From Histomonas meleagridis 2922-C6/04-290x (taxonomy: Eukaryota > Protista > Parabasalia): DNA of 64,000 bases. The translations under genes were made by a program, and so were the position numbers. Numbering within the stretch: position 1 is the first letter of the stretch; each line of letters starts with the position of its first letter. Below the pieces are notes generated by a model, which was not told the DNA's origin, searched no databases, and was given only the letters and a program-made list of their open reading frames with translations. Below, one piece after another: positions 1-10,034 of this stretch. Location: positions 124,001 to 188,000 of the forward strand of contig JAANOX010000159.1 of the NCBI GenBank assembly GCA_020184695.1, written 5' to 3'.

Positions 1-1
1 G

Positions 2-400
2 CCAATTATCATCATGGCAAGTAATAGAGGTAATACTAAAGTCCGCGGAACAAATGAAATCGGACCGCATGGAATTCCTTATGATATGTTACAAAGGACT
101 TTAATTATACCAACAAACACATATACAGAAAAAGAGTTAAAGAAGATTCTCATCAAAAGATGTGAAGAAGAAGACGTGACAATGTCGAAAGAAGCATTAA
201 AGACATTAACAGTTTATGCGAAGTTAAGATCTTTAAGATATGCAATGCAATTAATTACAACTTCGTCGTTGATTGCTGCAAGACATAAAAATAAGGAAGT
301 GATGACAGACGACGTAAATAAGGCAGCTGCTTTGTTCATCGATAAGAGTCAATCGTCGGAATTCTTGGCACAAAGTTCGACATATATAACTGCTGATTAA
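2..400 (+). CDS. RUVBL2: RuvB-like AAA+ helicase 2 (Rvb2/Reptin), C-terminal part; 5' end outside window
   Basis: ASNRG..VRGT...PHGIP.D...R, RCEEEDV.M, SLRYAMQLIT and LFID...S match the RUVBL2 C-terminus; the frame is open from the window start. Confidence 0.9.
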   Translation, partial: PIIIMASNRGNTKVRGTNEIGPHGIPYDMLQRTLIIPTNTYTEKELKKILIKRCEEEDVTMSKEALKTLTVYAKLRSLRYAMQLITTSSLIAARHKNKEVMTDDVNKAAALFIDKSQSSEFLAQSSTYITAD

Positions 401-504
401 TTAATTAAACGTAAAATTTTGTCACTTTTGTTTGATGTGAATGTAAAATCTATAAAATTTGAAAACAAATTTATGTTTAAACATTATAATATAATGTGAC
501 TGAT

Positions 505-1471
505 TCTTCATGTTTCGAGACACAATATTTTACTGTAAGTTATATGTTACGAACTAAAACTCTTGCTATAACTTATTCGAATGAATATGATGAAAGAAAT
601 AATTATAAATGAATCCGAATATGTTATTATTGAGGGTGGTGCTGAGGAAATAACATAAAATGTTTTAATTCATGTAAATAATTAAAATCAATGAAATAGG
701 TTAAGTTACAACTGTTGAAAATAATGTATTTTTTTAATGTTTTAATTAGCGACAGTTTTCATGAGAAAATGTAACAGCAATTGGATGTTTTGTATTTCTG
801 TTATGCTATCATTAATAAATATTACAATTTAAAAATCGTTAACATCAATTGGTTTAAATCCTTTTGGAATTCTTCATAATAAATATTATACAATAATTAA
901 ATGTTATCCAATTGGAATTTCTAATGATAGGTTTGTAATAACAATTTCAGTTACTATAATTACATATTATGGATTTTATTCATGTTCAAGCTTAGCAACA
1001 GATTTCATTAAAGATGCAACAACAATTGGAAATAATACATTTTCTTGTTGTAATAATTTAACATGTATTTATTATACAGGTTATGAATCATCAACTGACA
1101 TAAGTTAGAATGCCTTTGTTAATGTAAATAAGCAATATGCGATAACATCATATTTATATCAATATACAACATTTGATTCGCTTACTGTATCGAAATGTGT
1201 GTTAGTTGAAGAATGTTCTTTATATGTCTGACTAACACATACATTGACTAAATCAAATACATTTACAGAATCATTACATGTTGTTGTAACATCTATTCAA
1301 ACCTTGATTTATACACAAACAATTACACAAATAGTTCTTTCCAAAATTATTTTCACAAATGTTATTACTCCTTCGATGTTTAACTCATTTTATTCTTATA
1401 TTGAAACGAAATTTATTTCATATGTTCATATCATATATTACATGTTATTCTGCTTTTTATGCAATTATTAA
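505..1471 (+). pseudogene. Decayed BspA-like LRR surface protein (LRR, stalk)
   Basis: Broken frames give SVTIITYYGFYSCSSL, TTIGNNTFSCCNNLTCIYYTG and a TKSNTFT stalk; multiple stops and frameshifts. Confidence 0.6.
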
Positions 1472-1510
1472 TATTGAAAAATATAATGTACAGGAAAATT
1501 ACTAAAATAA

Positions 1511-1875
1511 TGTTTACATGATGCAAATGCTTCACTATTTATATTTTCAACTGATTCTCCAATTATTACTGATGTTAATAAAGGCCATTCTCTGAATACA
1601 TCACTTACAAGCTCTCCAACATTAATAATTATAACACGTTCTGTAGCATTTATATACTCTTTTTAAAGATCATTGAATCAGATATTGTGAGTATTTTTGT
1701 CTCTGCTTCATATGATTGCTTTGTATTAACAAAAAATATAATCAATAAAATTGGAATAACTTTGATTTTTTGATGAATGCTTTTTTGATTAAAATAAATT
1801 TTGGAAAAGAAAGTAAAAACAAAAAATATAAATACAAACAAAGTCATGTTTGCACATGCCGAAGTAATTAATGCA
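1511..1875 (-). pseudogene. Truncated 5' fragment of a BspA gene, paralogous to 42384-42749
   Basis: Near-collinear match to the BspA at 41917 (TLFVFIFFVFTF.SKIY.NQKSIHQK..VIPIL.IIFFVNTKQSY ... FREWPLLT.VIIGE); frameshifted; ends abruptly. Confidence 0.8.
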
Positions 1876-1889
1876 AATTTAGGAGTTAA

Positions 1890-2968
1890 ATGTATATAAT
1901 ATATTTTAATAATTTATTATTTCAAAATAATATTTGGAAATTATATAAATTATTTTGGAAAGCACTTATGTTTGCATCTTATAATGGTCATACAGAAATA
2001 GTTAAATTACTTCTTGAACAAAAAGGAATTGATATTAATGATAAAGATATTTATTTGTTTTCCTTAATATTTATTTTAATAATTTGGAAATTCAAAATAA
2101 TATTTGGAAATTATTTAAAATATTTAGAACAGCAATTATGTTTGCATCTGGATATGGTTATACAGAAATAGTTAAATTACTTCTTGAACAAGAAGGAATT
2201 GATATTAATGCTAAAGATATTTATTTGATTTATTTATTATTTATTATAATAATTTAATATTTCAAAACAATATTTGGAAATTATTTAAATTATTTAACAC
2301 AGCAATTATAGTTGCTTCTGGATGTGGTCATACAGAAATAGTTAAATTACTTTTGCAGCAAAATGGAATTGATATTAACGCTAAAAATGTTTATTTATTT
2401 TGTTTATATTTTATTTTAATAATTTTATATTTCAAAATAATATTTGAAAATTCTTCAAATTATTTTGGACAGCACTTATGATTGCATCTGAAAATGGTCA
2501 TACAGAAATAGTTAAATTACTTCTTGAACAAGAAGGAATTGATATTAATGCTAAAACTATTTATTTGTTTTTATTAAAATTTATTTTAATAATTTAATAT
2601 TTCAAAATAATATTTGGAAATTATTTGTGTTGTTTGATACAGCGCTTCAACGTGCAACTGCAAAAGGATTTATAGAAATAGTTAAATTACTTCTTGAACA
2701 AAAAGGAATTGAAACTAATCATAAAGATATTGAACTTGATTCGATTTCTGATAAATCATTTCAAACTAATGAAAATAATACTAATTTTGGATTTAATGGA
2801 TTTGGAGTTAAATCATTTCAAACGAATGAAAATGATGCTAATCTTGAATTTAATGGATATGGAGTTAAATCATTTCAAACTAATGAAAATAATACTAATT
2901 TTGGATTTAATGGAGACGTAAGTCCATCATCATTAAACGCAAATACAAATTCCAAAGATACTCACTAA
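1890..2968 (+). other. Ankyrin-repeat locus 1: five 90-nt ankyrin blocks separated by 80-nt spacers (170-nt period), low-complexity tail; lacks an N-terminal domain
   Basis: Blocks start at 1959, 2129, 2299, 2469 and 2639, each translating as [T/K]AxxxAxxxGxxEIVKLLLxQxGIxxNxKx; frame shifts between blocks. Confidence 0.9.
2753..2917 (+). repeat. 57-nt coding tandem repeat, about 3 copies (KSFQTNENNTNFGFNGFGV)
   Basis: Units start at 2753, 2810 and 2867, in frame with the last ankyrin block. Confidence 0.9.
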
Positions 2969-3220
2969 AATCTTAAATTACAAAAAGAATTGAAATAAAA
3001 TATATTTTAATTCAAGCATCATTTTTCATCAACATTATTAAATAAACATATATTATAAAATGCTTACAAACTAAAATAAAATGCTTCATTTAAAATAATA
3101 AACAAACACACTCAGTCAATTTTGACCTAAACATTGTGCTAAAAACGATTAAATTTCTCTCATTTTGAGTAACTATGGTAATTTCAAAAAGTTTTAAGTA
3201 AACGTCTTCTCCAAATCAGG

Positions 3221-4213
3221 ATGGGAAATTCTTATTTCGTTTATACAAATGGAATCAGCGATAATTGGATAAGTTCTTGCCACATATCTTCAATTTCATT
3301 TTTTCAACCTATTTATTCTTCATTCCAACTTTTATTTCATTTTGACTCGTTTAATTGGATTCTTTTTGAACTTCTAATTATTTTGCCACTATTTTTCAGA
3401 CTTTATGGATCAGGAACTCAGCAAAAGCTGTCAAGATTTTATACAGATACTAGATTTCATTTACTTAATTTCATGTTTTTATTTGCAATGACAGAAGTAA
3501 TCTGTTCATTGTTGCAACTGGTACTCCCACAGCCAGCAATCTGTGTTACATGGGATGGATTAGATTATTCTCCATACCGATCACAATGGCAAACTCCATC
3601 TTTTGACATAGCTATTATAGCAATTTTAGCCTGTATTTTTGGACATGGTCAGGTAGGTGTCTGGAGGATTGCCTCAATAATCGTTGGAATCTTTTTTGTA
3701 TTTCTTTTTGTGTCATCAATTTTCTCAGGCACATCAACATTTTCACGTGCATTATTTAGCAGCTCAATTGGCCTATGGCTTTTTTACACATTTCGCTTCT
3801 TACCACCATTATTTGTGCCAATTTCAGGAATGTTAATAATTATATTTTGTTCAATTTATTTCATTATTTACATCTCACAGCATGAAATATATGATGAAGA
3901 TGTTCAATCCAGTGCTATTCCTGGAATTAGAGGCTGTGTTTTATTAGTTGTAAATTTATATCTTTATCTTCGATTTGCACTAAGATTAGAAAAGTTTAAC
4001 TGGATGAAAACGCATTGGGGCAACAGAGATAGTTCTGATGGCGGCACTGAAGGCGTTGTAATTCCAACTGTATTAACAGGCGCGGAAAGCGATGCATTTG
4101 GAACGAGGCTAAGGACAGATATTCTTGACAGTGCAATTGCATTCGTTATAATACTAGCTTGGAATGGTTTTGTTGTTTATTATTTCCATCACGTTTTGTT
4201 TAAAGAGGCTTAA
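3221..4213 (+). CDS. Multi-pass membrane protein, PAP2/lipid-phosphate-phosphatase-like with degenerate catalytic motifs
   Basis: 330-aa ORF with several hydrophobic segments; LPQP...TPSFD...SSIFSGTSTFSR spaced like PAP2 motifs 1-3; the family call is tentative. Confidence 0.55.
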   Translation: MGNSYFVYTNGISDNWISSCHISSISFFQPIYSSFQLLFHFDSFNWILFELLIILPLFFRLYGSGTQQKLSRFYTDTRFHLLNFMFLFAMTEVICSLLQLVLPQPAICVTWDGLDYSPYRSQWQTPSFDIAIIAILACIFGHGQVGVWRIASIIVGIFFVFLFVSSIFSGTSTFSRALFSSSIGLWLFYTFRFLPPLFVPISGMLIIIFCSIYFIIYISQHEIYDEDVQSSAIPGIRGCVLLVVNLYLYLRFALRLEKFNWMKTHWGNRDSSDGGTEGVVIPTVLTGAESDAFGTRLRTDILDSAIAFVIILAWNGFVVYYFHHVLFKEA

Positions 4214-4408
4214 CATAATATATTTTTAAAAAATTAATATTTCGTTTTATATTAAATTTTTTTATGAAAAGAAATGTGTCGAATGAGTTAAATCACAGGG
4301 AAAAATAATTTCCGCATTAGAAAAAATTGGAGGAACAGCGGTTAATTTCTCAATTTTTCTTTACAATTGTCTCAAAAAGTTAACTGTTCGAGCAGTTCAT
4401 TTTCATCC

Positions 4409-6307
4409 ATGTGGATCAAAAAGAAAAACAGCAGAGAGTTCAACATCCCATTTGAAGATGCAATAAAGAAAGATAATTATGAGGCATTAGTTAGTTTAAT
4501 AAAAGAAAATGAAATCGATGATATCAATAAACTTGGAAAAGTTTATGTTCACCCTGAATCACATTTTTACATTTCCATTGGAAGCTATGCATTTTGCTTT
4601 AAAGCTGAAAAATGTTTGGAACAAATACAAAAACTTGGATATAATTTTACAAACGATGATGCTGAATATGCTTTAAGAAGTGGCTCCCTAGATTTCATCA
4701 AAAAGTATTGTCAAAATATTATTTTTAATGATCCTCATCAATCATTTCAATCAGCAGCTGCATCTAGTGGCTCAATAGAAATTCTTAAGTACATGTACAC
4801 CAATGGTGTAACCTTTGAAAAAGGGCATTTTTCGATCCCAATTCTTAATTGTGCCCAAAATGGAAACATTGATTGCTTCAAATTCCTTGCAGAAATCACT
4901 AATTTTGGTAACCTTGACACTTCTACCTTTACTAAAGTTGCTGAGGCAGCTGCCAAATGTAAGAAATCACAAATTATTGATTTTATATATGATACTTATC
5001 CCGATGAAATTCATCGAAACATCATCAGACCGATGATTCTTACCTGTGATGCCGTTGAATCATATATCAAAGAGTATGGGACAAGTGAAATTCCATTAGA
5101 CCAATTTCAAAAATTAGCCAAATCGAACTCAGTTAACATCATTAAATATGCGTATGATAACAACGTAACTGTTCCCACTCTTTCCCTTGAAGATATATCA
5201 CGTTCTTATTGTTGGAAATGTATTACATTTCTTGTGAAAGGACGGGAAAAAGAAGCCTTCAATTATCTCATGCAAAAAGGGAACTTCACAACTTGTGGTC
5301 CATTGTTAGATGTTATTGAACTTACTCCCAAAGAATGTGGGGAACTTCTTCAATATATTTCTCCTGATCATTTTGCACCATATAACAAAGACGTCACTAA
5401 TTTTAATGGCAAATTCTTTTCGAAAGAATTTGATATTGAAGGGAGTGATTTGTTTTTATATTTATTATCACATTGCAACAAAATCTCCGATTCATTTATC
5501 GAAGAACAACATTTATTTGAACGATATCCACATTCCCCAAAAGAATATTATGATAATTCCAAGTCACATTTTAACATCATCAGACAAATGATTAAATATG
5601 GGTTAAAAGTCAATGATTTAATAACACAAGATTTAATAATAGAAATAGTACAAACGTCAGTAACACAATATCAAATCGAACAAATAGTTAAAGAGATGGA
5701 TGATCCTAAACAATGTTTGATTTGGACAATCGAAGCGTCAGATAATAATACCGCTGCTACTTATCGCGAAATAATTCACGCATTTCTAAATGTTAGACCT
5801 GAATTACGTGATGACATCGATGTTATTAAGGCAGTACAAACTTGTGTTCCTGGTTGGGATTCGACTCCATTATTTATAGAGTTCAAAGTCGGAATATGTC
5901 CTTCTTTAATAGAATACTTTCAACGTGAACATGAAACGTCGTATGAACTCGACGATGTATTTATGAAGTTAAATAACGACGAAAAGATACAAATTCTATT
6001 TAGCGCAACTTTCTTCGGTAACAAAATGTTGAAATTCGCGCAGCCTTCAATGAGATTTGATGGGGAATCATTGATACATAACTTCTTAAGAAGAAATTTG
6101 ATATATTCAATCGATGAATTAATTTGTAATGGCGGCGATTTGTCTTTTGCTGAAAATGAAGGCGAAGACCCGGTGATATTCCAGTTGTTAAGGCATAAAA
6201 AGGCAGACGTGTGGCTGCATGAGATAAAAGCGAGAAATGACTTGCTGGAAATTATGAACAGAGAAGGAAAAACAGTCAACGAAATAGTGCAAAAAATAAG
6301 TAAATAA
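4409..6307 (+). CDS. Degenerate ankyrin-repeat-containing protein
   Basis: Long ORF with AAASSGSIEILKYM and CAQNGNIDCFKFL ankyrin-like helices; ATG at 4409 follows a TCATT Inr-like motif. Confidence 0.7.
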   Translation: MWIKKKNSREFNIPFEDAIKKDNYEALVSLIKENEIDDINKLGKVYVHPESHFYISIGSYAFCFKAEKCLEQIQKLGYNFTNDDAEYALRSGSLDFIKKYCQNIIFNDPHQSFQSAAASSGSIEILKYMYTNGVTFEKGHFSIPILNCAQNGNIDCFKFLAEITNFGNLDTSTFTKVAEAAAKCKKSQIIDFIYDTYPDEIHRNIIRPMILTCDAVESYIKEYGTSEIPLDQFQKLAKSNSVNIIKYAYDNNVTVPTLSLEDISRSYCWKCITFLVKGREKEAFNYLMQKGNFTTCGPLLDVIELTPKECGELLQYISPDHFAPYNKDVTNFNGKFFSKEFDIEGSDLFLYLLSHCNKISDSFIEEQHLFERYPHSPKEYYDNSKSHFNIIRQMIKYGLKVNDLITQDLIIEIVQTSVTQYQIEQIVKEMDDPKQCLIWTIEASDNNTAATYREIIHAFLNVRPELRDDIDVIKAVQTCVPGWDSTPLFIEFKVGICPSLIEYFQREHETSYELDDVFMKLNNDEKIQILFSATFFGNKMLKFAQPSMRFDGESLIHNFLRRNLIYSIDELICNGGDLSFAENEGEDPVIFQLLRHKKADVWLHEIKARNDLLEIMNREGKTVNEIVQKISK

Positions 6308-6539
6308 CGTTATTTGGATGTCGTCTCATGTGACATTGTAATGATATGTTTTGTGTTTGTGAAAGATGTAATGAAGTGTAAGAAGAACTTTCCAAACGAC
6401 GGTATTGCTCTTCAGGGGAAAATAGTTTTTTCTATTCAGGATGATGAAAAATAGAGTTCTCATGTAGAGACAAACCGTGGACCAGGTGGCCCATTACATG
6501 TGAGATGTGTAAACATTTTTTTAGTGCTTTTTTGTATGA

Positions 6540-7625
6540 AGAAATGAAGAAATTATTTATTTATGTGAACAAAAACATTCAAGATTTGAATATATACGTG
6601 AAGCAGCAATTCAATTTCACCGAAATGATATCTTTCGTTATATTTATGAAAATAAACTTGACAATTATTATAAAGATAATACAAAAAATTTATGAGATTT
6701 AGAAAGGTTTGGGAAATTTATGTTTTTTATATTATGAAATTTTATCATTTTTGATTGAGGAAGGAATGGTTTTCAAAAAATCTATCATTCAAGCAGTAAA
6801 AATCGGGAATATTTGTTCCTCATCAAATATTTTCGAAAGGAAAATGGAATTCCAAAAGATATTATTGTTTATTCTGCCGAATCTGGAAATATTGAACTTG
6901 TTAAATATATACTGAAAAAAAATAAAGTTAATATAAACACAACAAACATTTTGTTGTTTTTTATTTATTGTTTATTTTAATATTTTGGTATTTCAAAATA
7001 ATACTTGAAACGGCACTTTTCGTGGCATCTAAAAATGGTAATATAGAAATAGTTAATGCAAAAAAATTTAATTGTTTTATTAACTTGTTTTAAACATTCT
7101 TGGAAATAAAAAGATTGATATATATGCGAAAGAAAATTATTTCCCTTATATAACGTTTATTTCACTTATTATATTTTTTTTAATTTTAATATTATATCAA
7201 AAATATGTTTAAAGTTTATTTAGATCTTTTGAAACCTTTATAAAAGCATCTAAAAATAGTCATTGAGAAATAGTTAAATTACTTATTGAGCAAAAATGAA
7301 TCGATGTTAATGCTAAAAATATTTATTAGATTGATTCCATATTTATTTTAATAATTTTTGAATTCTAAATATTATTTGGAAATCATTTATTTTATTTTAT
7401 ACGGCGCTTATTTATGCAACTGAAGAAACTCAGATAGAAATAGTTAAATTACTTCTTGAAAGAGAAGGAGTGGATGTTAACGCTAAAGATATTTATTTGT
7501 TTTGTTTAAAGTTTGTTTCAATAATTTAATGTTTCAAAACAATATTTGGACATAATTTACTTTAAATAAAACAGAACTTATGTATGCATCTAAAAAAGGC
7601 CAAATGGAAATAGTTAAATTAATAA
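6540..7625 (+). pseudogene. Ankyrin locus 2: DUF3447-type ankyrin pseudogene with spacer-interrupted repeats
   Basis: NEEIIYLCEQKH...EAAIQFHRNDIF parallels 35590-36837; ankyrin blocks at 7231, 7401 and 7571 keep the 170-nt period; in-frame TGA stops in the 7231 block. Confidence 0.75.
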
Positions 7626-8095
7626 AGGGGAAAAAGTTTGAATCATGCACGTGTTGGTAATGTTACATCATATGTTGTTATTAAGAGAAACTCATTATAA
7701 CCCTAACATGAAAGCTAAATATATACGATTTTTTTGAAGAATTTCACATTCAAGAAAGCTAAGGGAGAAAATGTTAAGTCACAAACAGGAAAAGAGCCAG
7801 TCCATCAAACAAAACTCAGTAGTGAAGAAATCTCGTTAGAGCAACAAACATAGAAGGGATTGTTCTAGGAGGAAAATGAATTTTGAATGAGTCTATAATT
7901 AATAAATTGGACAATTTAAAATAATAATACCTCACTAAATTCTTGTTTTATTAAAACCAAATTTTTAAACTCTCATGAATCTAATATATCATTGTAGATT
8001 TTATTGTACAATAAAGTAAAATTGCCATTTGGTGTCAGACGGCCGTTAGTGGTTGCGACATGTGACATGAAAGCCGATATTTGGTCAAATAAAAG

Positions 8096-8815
8096 ATGGT
8101 TTGGTTGGAACAACTCCTTTTGAACATTTTAGATTCAGGGGAAGTTCCAGAACACATTGCTATAATTATGGACGGCAACAGACGGTACGCACGTAAAATG
8201 ATGCTTGATAGTGTTGGAAAAGGCCATAAGGAAGGAGCAAAGAAATTAAAACAGATTATAGAATGGCTCTCTAAACTTCATGGCGTTAAGATGCTAACAG
8301 TATATGCATTTTCTCTTCTTAATTTTAATCGAAGCAAAAGCGAAGTAAATCAATTAATGGATTTGGCAGTGGAAACTTTCAAAGAAATTGCAGATCAACC
8401 AGATATTCTTCACAAACACAATTGTAAAATCAATTTCATTGGTCAAATTGAATTAATGGATGAACGCGTTTTAGAACAAATTCGAAGATTAAATGATATA
8501 TCACCAAAAAATCCAGAATTCATTCTTAACATTTGTGCTTGTTACACATCTCATGATGAAATTGAACATGCACGTGACAAATGTTTTGAAGATGGTACAG
8601 ATCCTACATATGACGAAGTCTTTTCTCGCCTACAGCTCCCAAAGAAGCCTGACCTATTGATCCGTACGAGTGGCGTCTCCAGAATGTCGAACTTTCTGCT
8701 CATGCAGTGCTCAAACACTCCGATTTACATCACCAATCAACTTTGGCCAGAGCTATCGTTGTTTACACTTTTCAAAATTTTGATTGAATATCAATTGCGC
8801 AATCTTTTGCCGTAA
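8096..8815 (+). CDS. DHDDS: cis-prenyltransferase / dehydrodolichyl diphosphate synthase catalytic subunit
   Basis: HIAIIMDGNRRYA, YAFS..NFNRS..EV, PDLLIRTSG..R.SNFLL.Q, LWPE motifs. Confidence 0.93.
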   Translation: MVWLEQLLLNILDSGEVPEHIAIIMDGNRRYARKMMLDSVGKGHKEGAKKLKQIIEWLSKLHGVKMLTVYAFSLLNFNRSKSEVNQLMDLAVETFKEIADQPDILHKHNCKINFIGQIELMDERVLEQIRRLNDISPKNPEFILNICACYTSHDEIEHARDKCFEDGTDPTYDEVFSRLQLPKKPDLLIRTSGVSRMSNFLLMQCSNTPIYITNQLWPELSLFTLFKILIEYQLRNLLP

Positions 8816-9128
8816 AGCGTCACTTGTGTGATTTGCTTTATTGGCTTTATTTCATCGTTTAATAAATATACAATATTTCGTAATTTTGATCATTAAATGA
8901 GAATTTTAATGCAAAAAATTGAATGCAAAATAATCGTTTTATAATTCAATGTGCTCTTAAACGGTTTCATTTTTTGGAAGATTTCATTCTCAAAAGACAT
9001 TTTATAAAAGAAATGAGAAACCTTTGATTAACAATCCATATAAAACAATTTTTTTTTTACTTTTTGTTGAATTTATTTTATTATTTAAAATAATAATATT
9101 AGTATTTAGATTTTGCATTGTAAGTAAG

Positions 9129-10034
9129 TTAAGGGCACACAAAAGAGCCAGAAAATCCGATGGAAAAGAATTCTTGTGGATCGAAATAATCGGTATTTGG
9201 AGGTGGAGTTTGGCATGGTGCCAACCAATCACGCTTGAATTCCCCTTGCTCCCCATTGCACCCCATGCGACTCCAATTGTTGCAGTTGAGTTCTAATGAA
9301 TAACTAATAGGAACTGAAGATGAAGTTTGAGTCAAGAATAAAGATGTTTGGGGAGTTCCCTGCTGGATTAAGCTATACTTGGCCCATGAAATGTGACGGA
9401 ATAAATCAGTTCTTCTTGATAATTCATTGGAAATTTTCTTCCTTGTAATCTTTTTAGTTCTATCAATTGTAGATAAACAAAGCAGCCATTGGATTTCTTC
9501 AGCTGTTGCGCTTTTATCAATCACATTAAACGCATGACATATTGCTGAAATAATGTTATCAAAATTCCATTTTTCTGGAATAGGTTGCTCAGCAAACCAC
9601 CATTGCTGACTTGGCAGAATTGAAAATTCTGTTTTATGTTGAAAAAGAAATTCTGAAATTAATTTTGGTGTTGCTCCAGTAATATCACCTTTCTCAACAA
9701 TTTCAGCAGTAAGCAAAGGACCGTTCTGTGATAGAACTTGGGTAATACTTGATAATAATGCTCCATCTGAAAGAAAAAGTGGATTTGAAGGTCTCAAACC
9801 CCACATGCATGAGCTTGGATGACCGGCACGAACAAAATTTTCTGAGCATGTAAGTGTTGAGTTGATTCTTCTTTTGGAAAACGAAGAACATGGAATTGGA
9901 CCAGAATTAGAATTTACAAAAAGACTAGGGTCTGACAGAGCTTGACATATACAATCAAGTGAAAGAAGAGGTGTTCCTTCCTTTTTGAAAATATATGTGA
10001 TTGCTTCGGGAAGTGATTGGAAGAATTCACTCAT
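9129..10034 (-). CDS. Hypothetical protein, possibly tandem winged-helix-like DNA-binding domains
   Basis: Clean ORF from ATG 10034 with repeated RR/RKK-I-S-x-x-LS...F...W/Y helical patterns and an S/T-rich tail; the function is inference only. Confidence 0.6.
   Translation of the reverse strand: MSEFFQSLPEAITYIFKKEGTPLLSLDCICQALSDPSLFVNSNSGPIPCSSFSKRRINSTLTCSENFVRAGHPSSCMWGLRPSNPLFLSDGALLSSITQVLSQNGPLLTAEIVEKGDITGATPKLISEFLFQHKTEFSILPSQQWWFAEQPIPEKWNFDNIISAICHAFNVIDKSATAEEIQWLLCLSTIDRTKKITRKKISNELSRRTDLFRHISWAKYSLIQQGTPQTSLFLTQTSSSVPISYSLELNCNNWSRMGCNGEQGEFKRDWLAPCQTPPPNTDYFDPQEFFSIGFSGSFVCP

Noticed and set aside
2113-2121. T-TTA-AAA slippery heptamer for -1 frameshifting in the spacer
   Set aside because: In several spacers an in-frame TAA precedes it, it is missing in others, and 35277-35198 is closed in both frames; not a general explanation.
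2057-2127. Canonical GT-AG intron (71 nt) inside the first ankyrin spacer that would restore the frame
   Set aside because: Works only for this spacer; the homologous positions are GA..AA, AT..TG and GT..GA in the others, and there is no ACTAAC branch motif.
2290-2302. TTTAACACAG resembling the trichomonad 3' splice motif ACTAACACACAG
   Set aside because: The CAG comes from the Thr-Ala codons, is absent in ACT-GCA, ACG-GCG and ACA-CCT copies, and has no phase-compatible GT donor.
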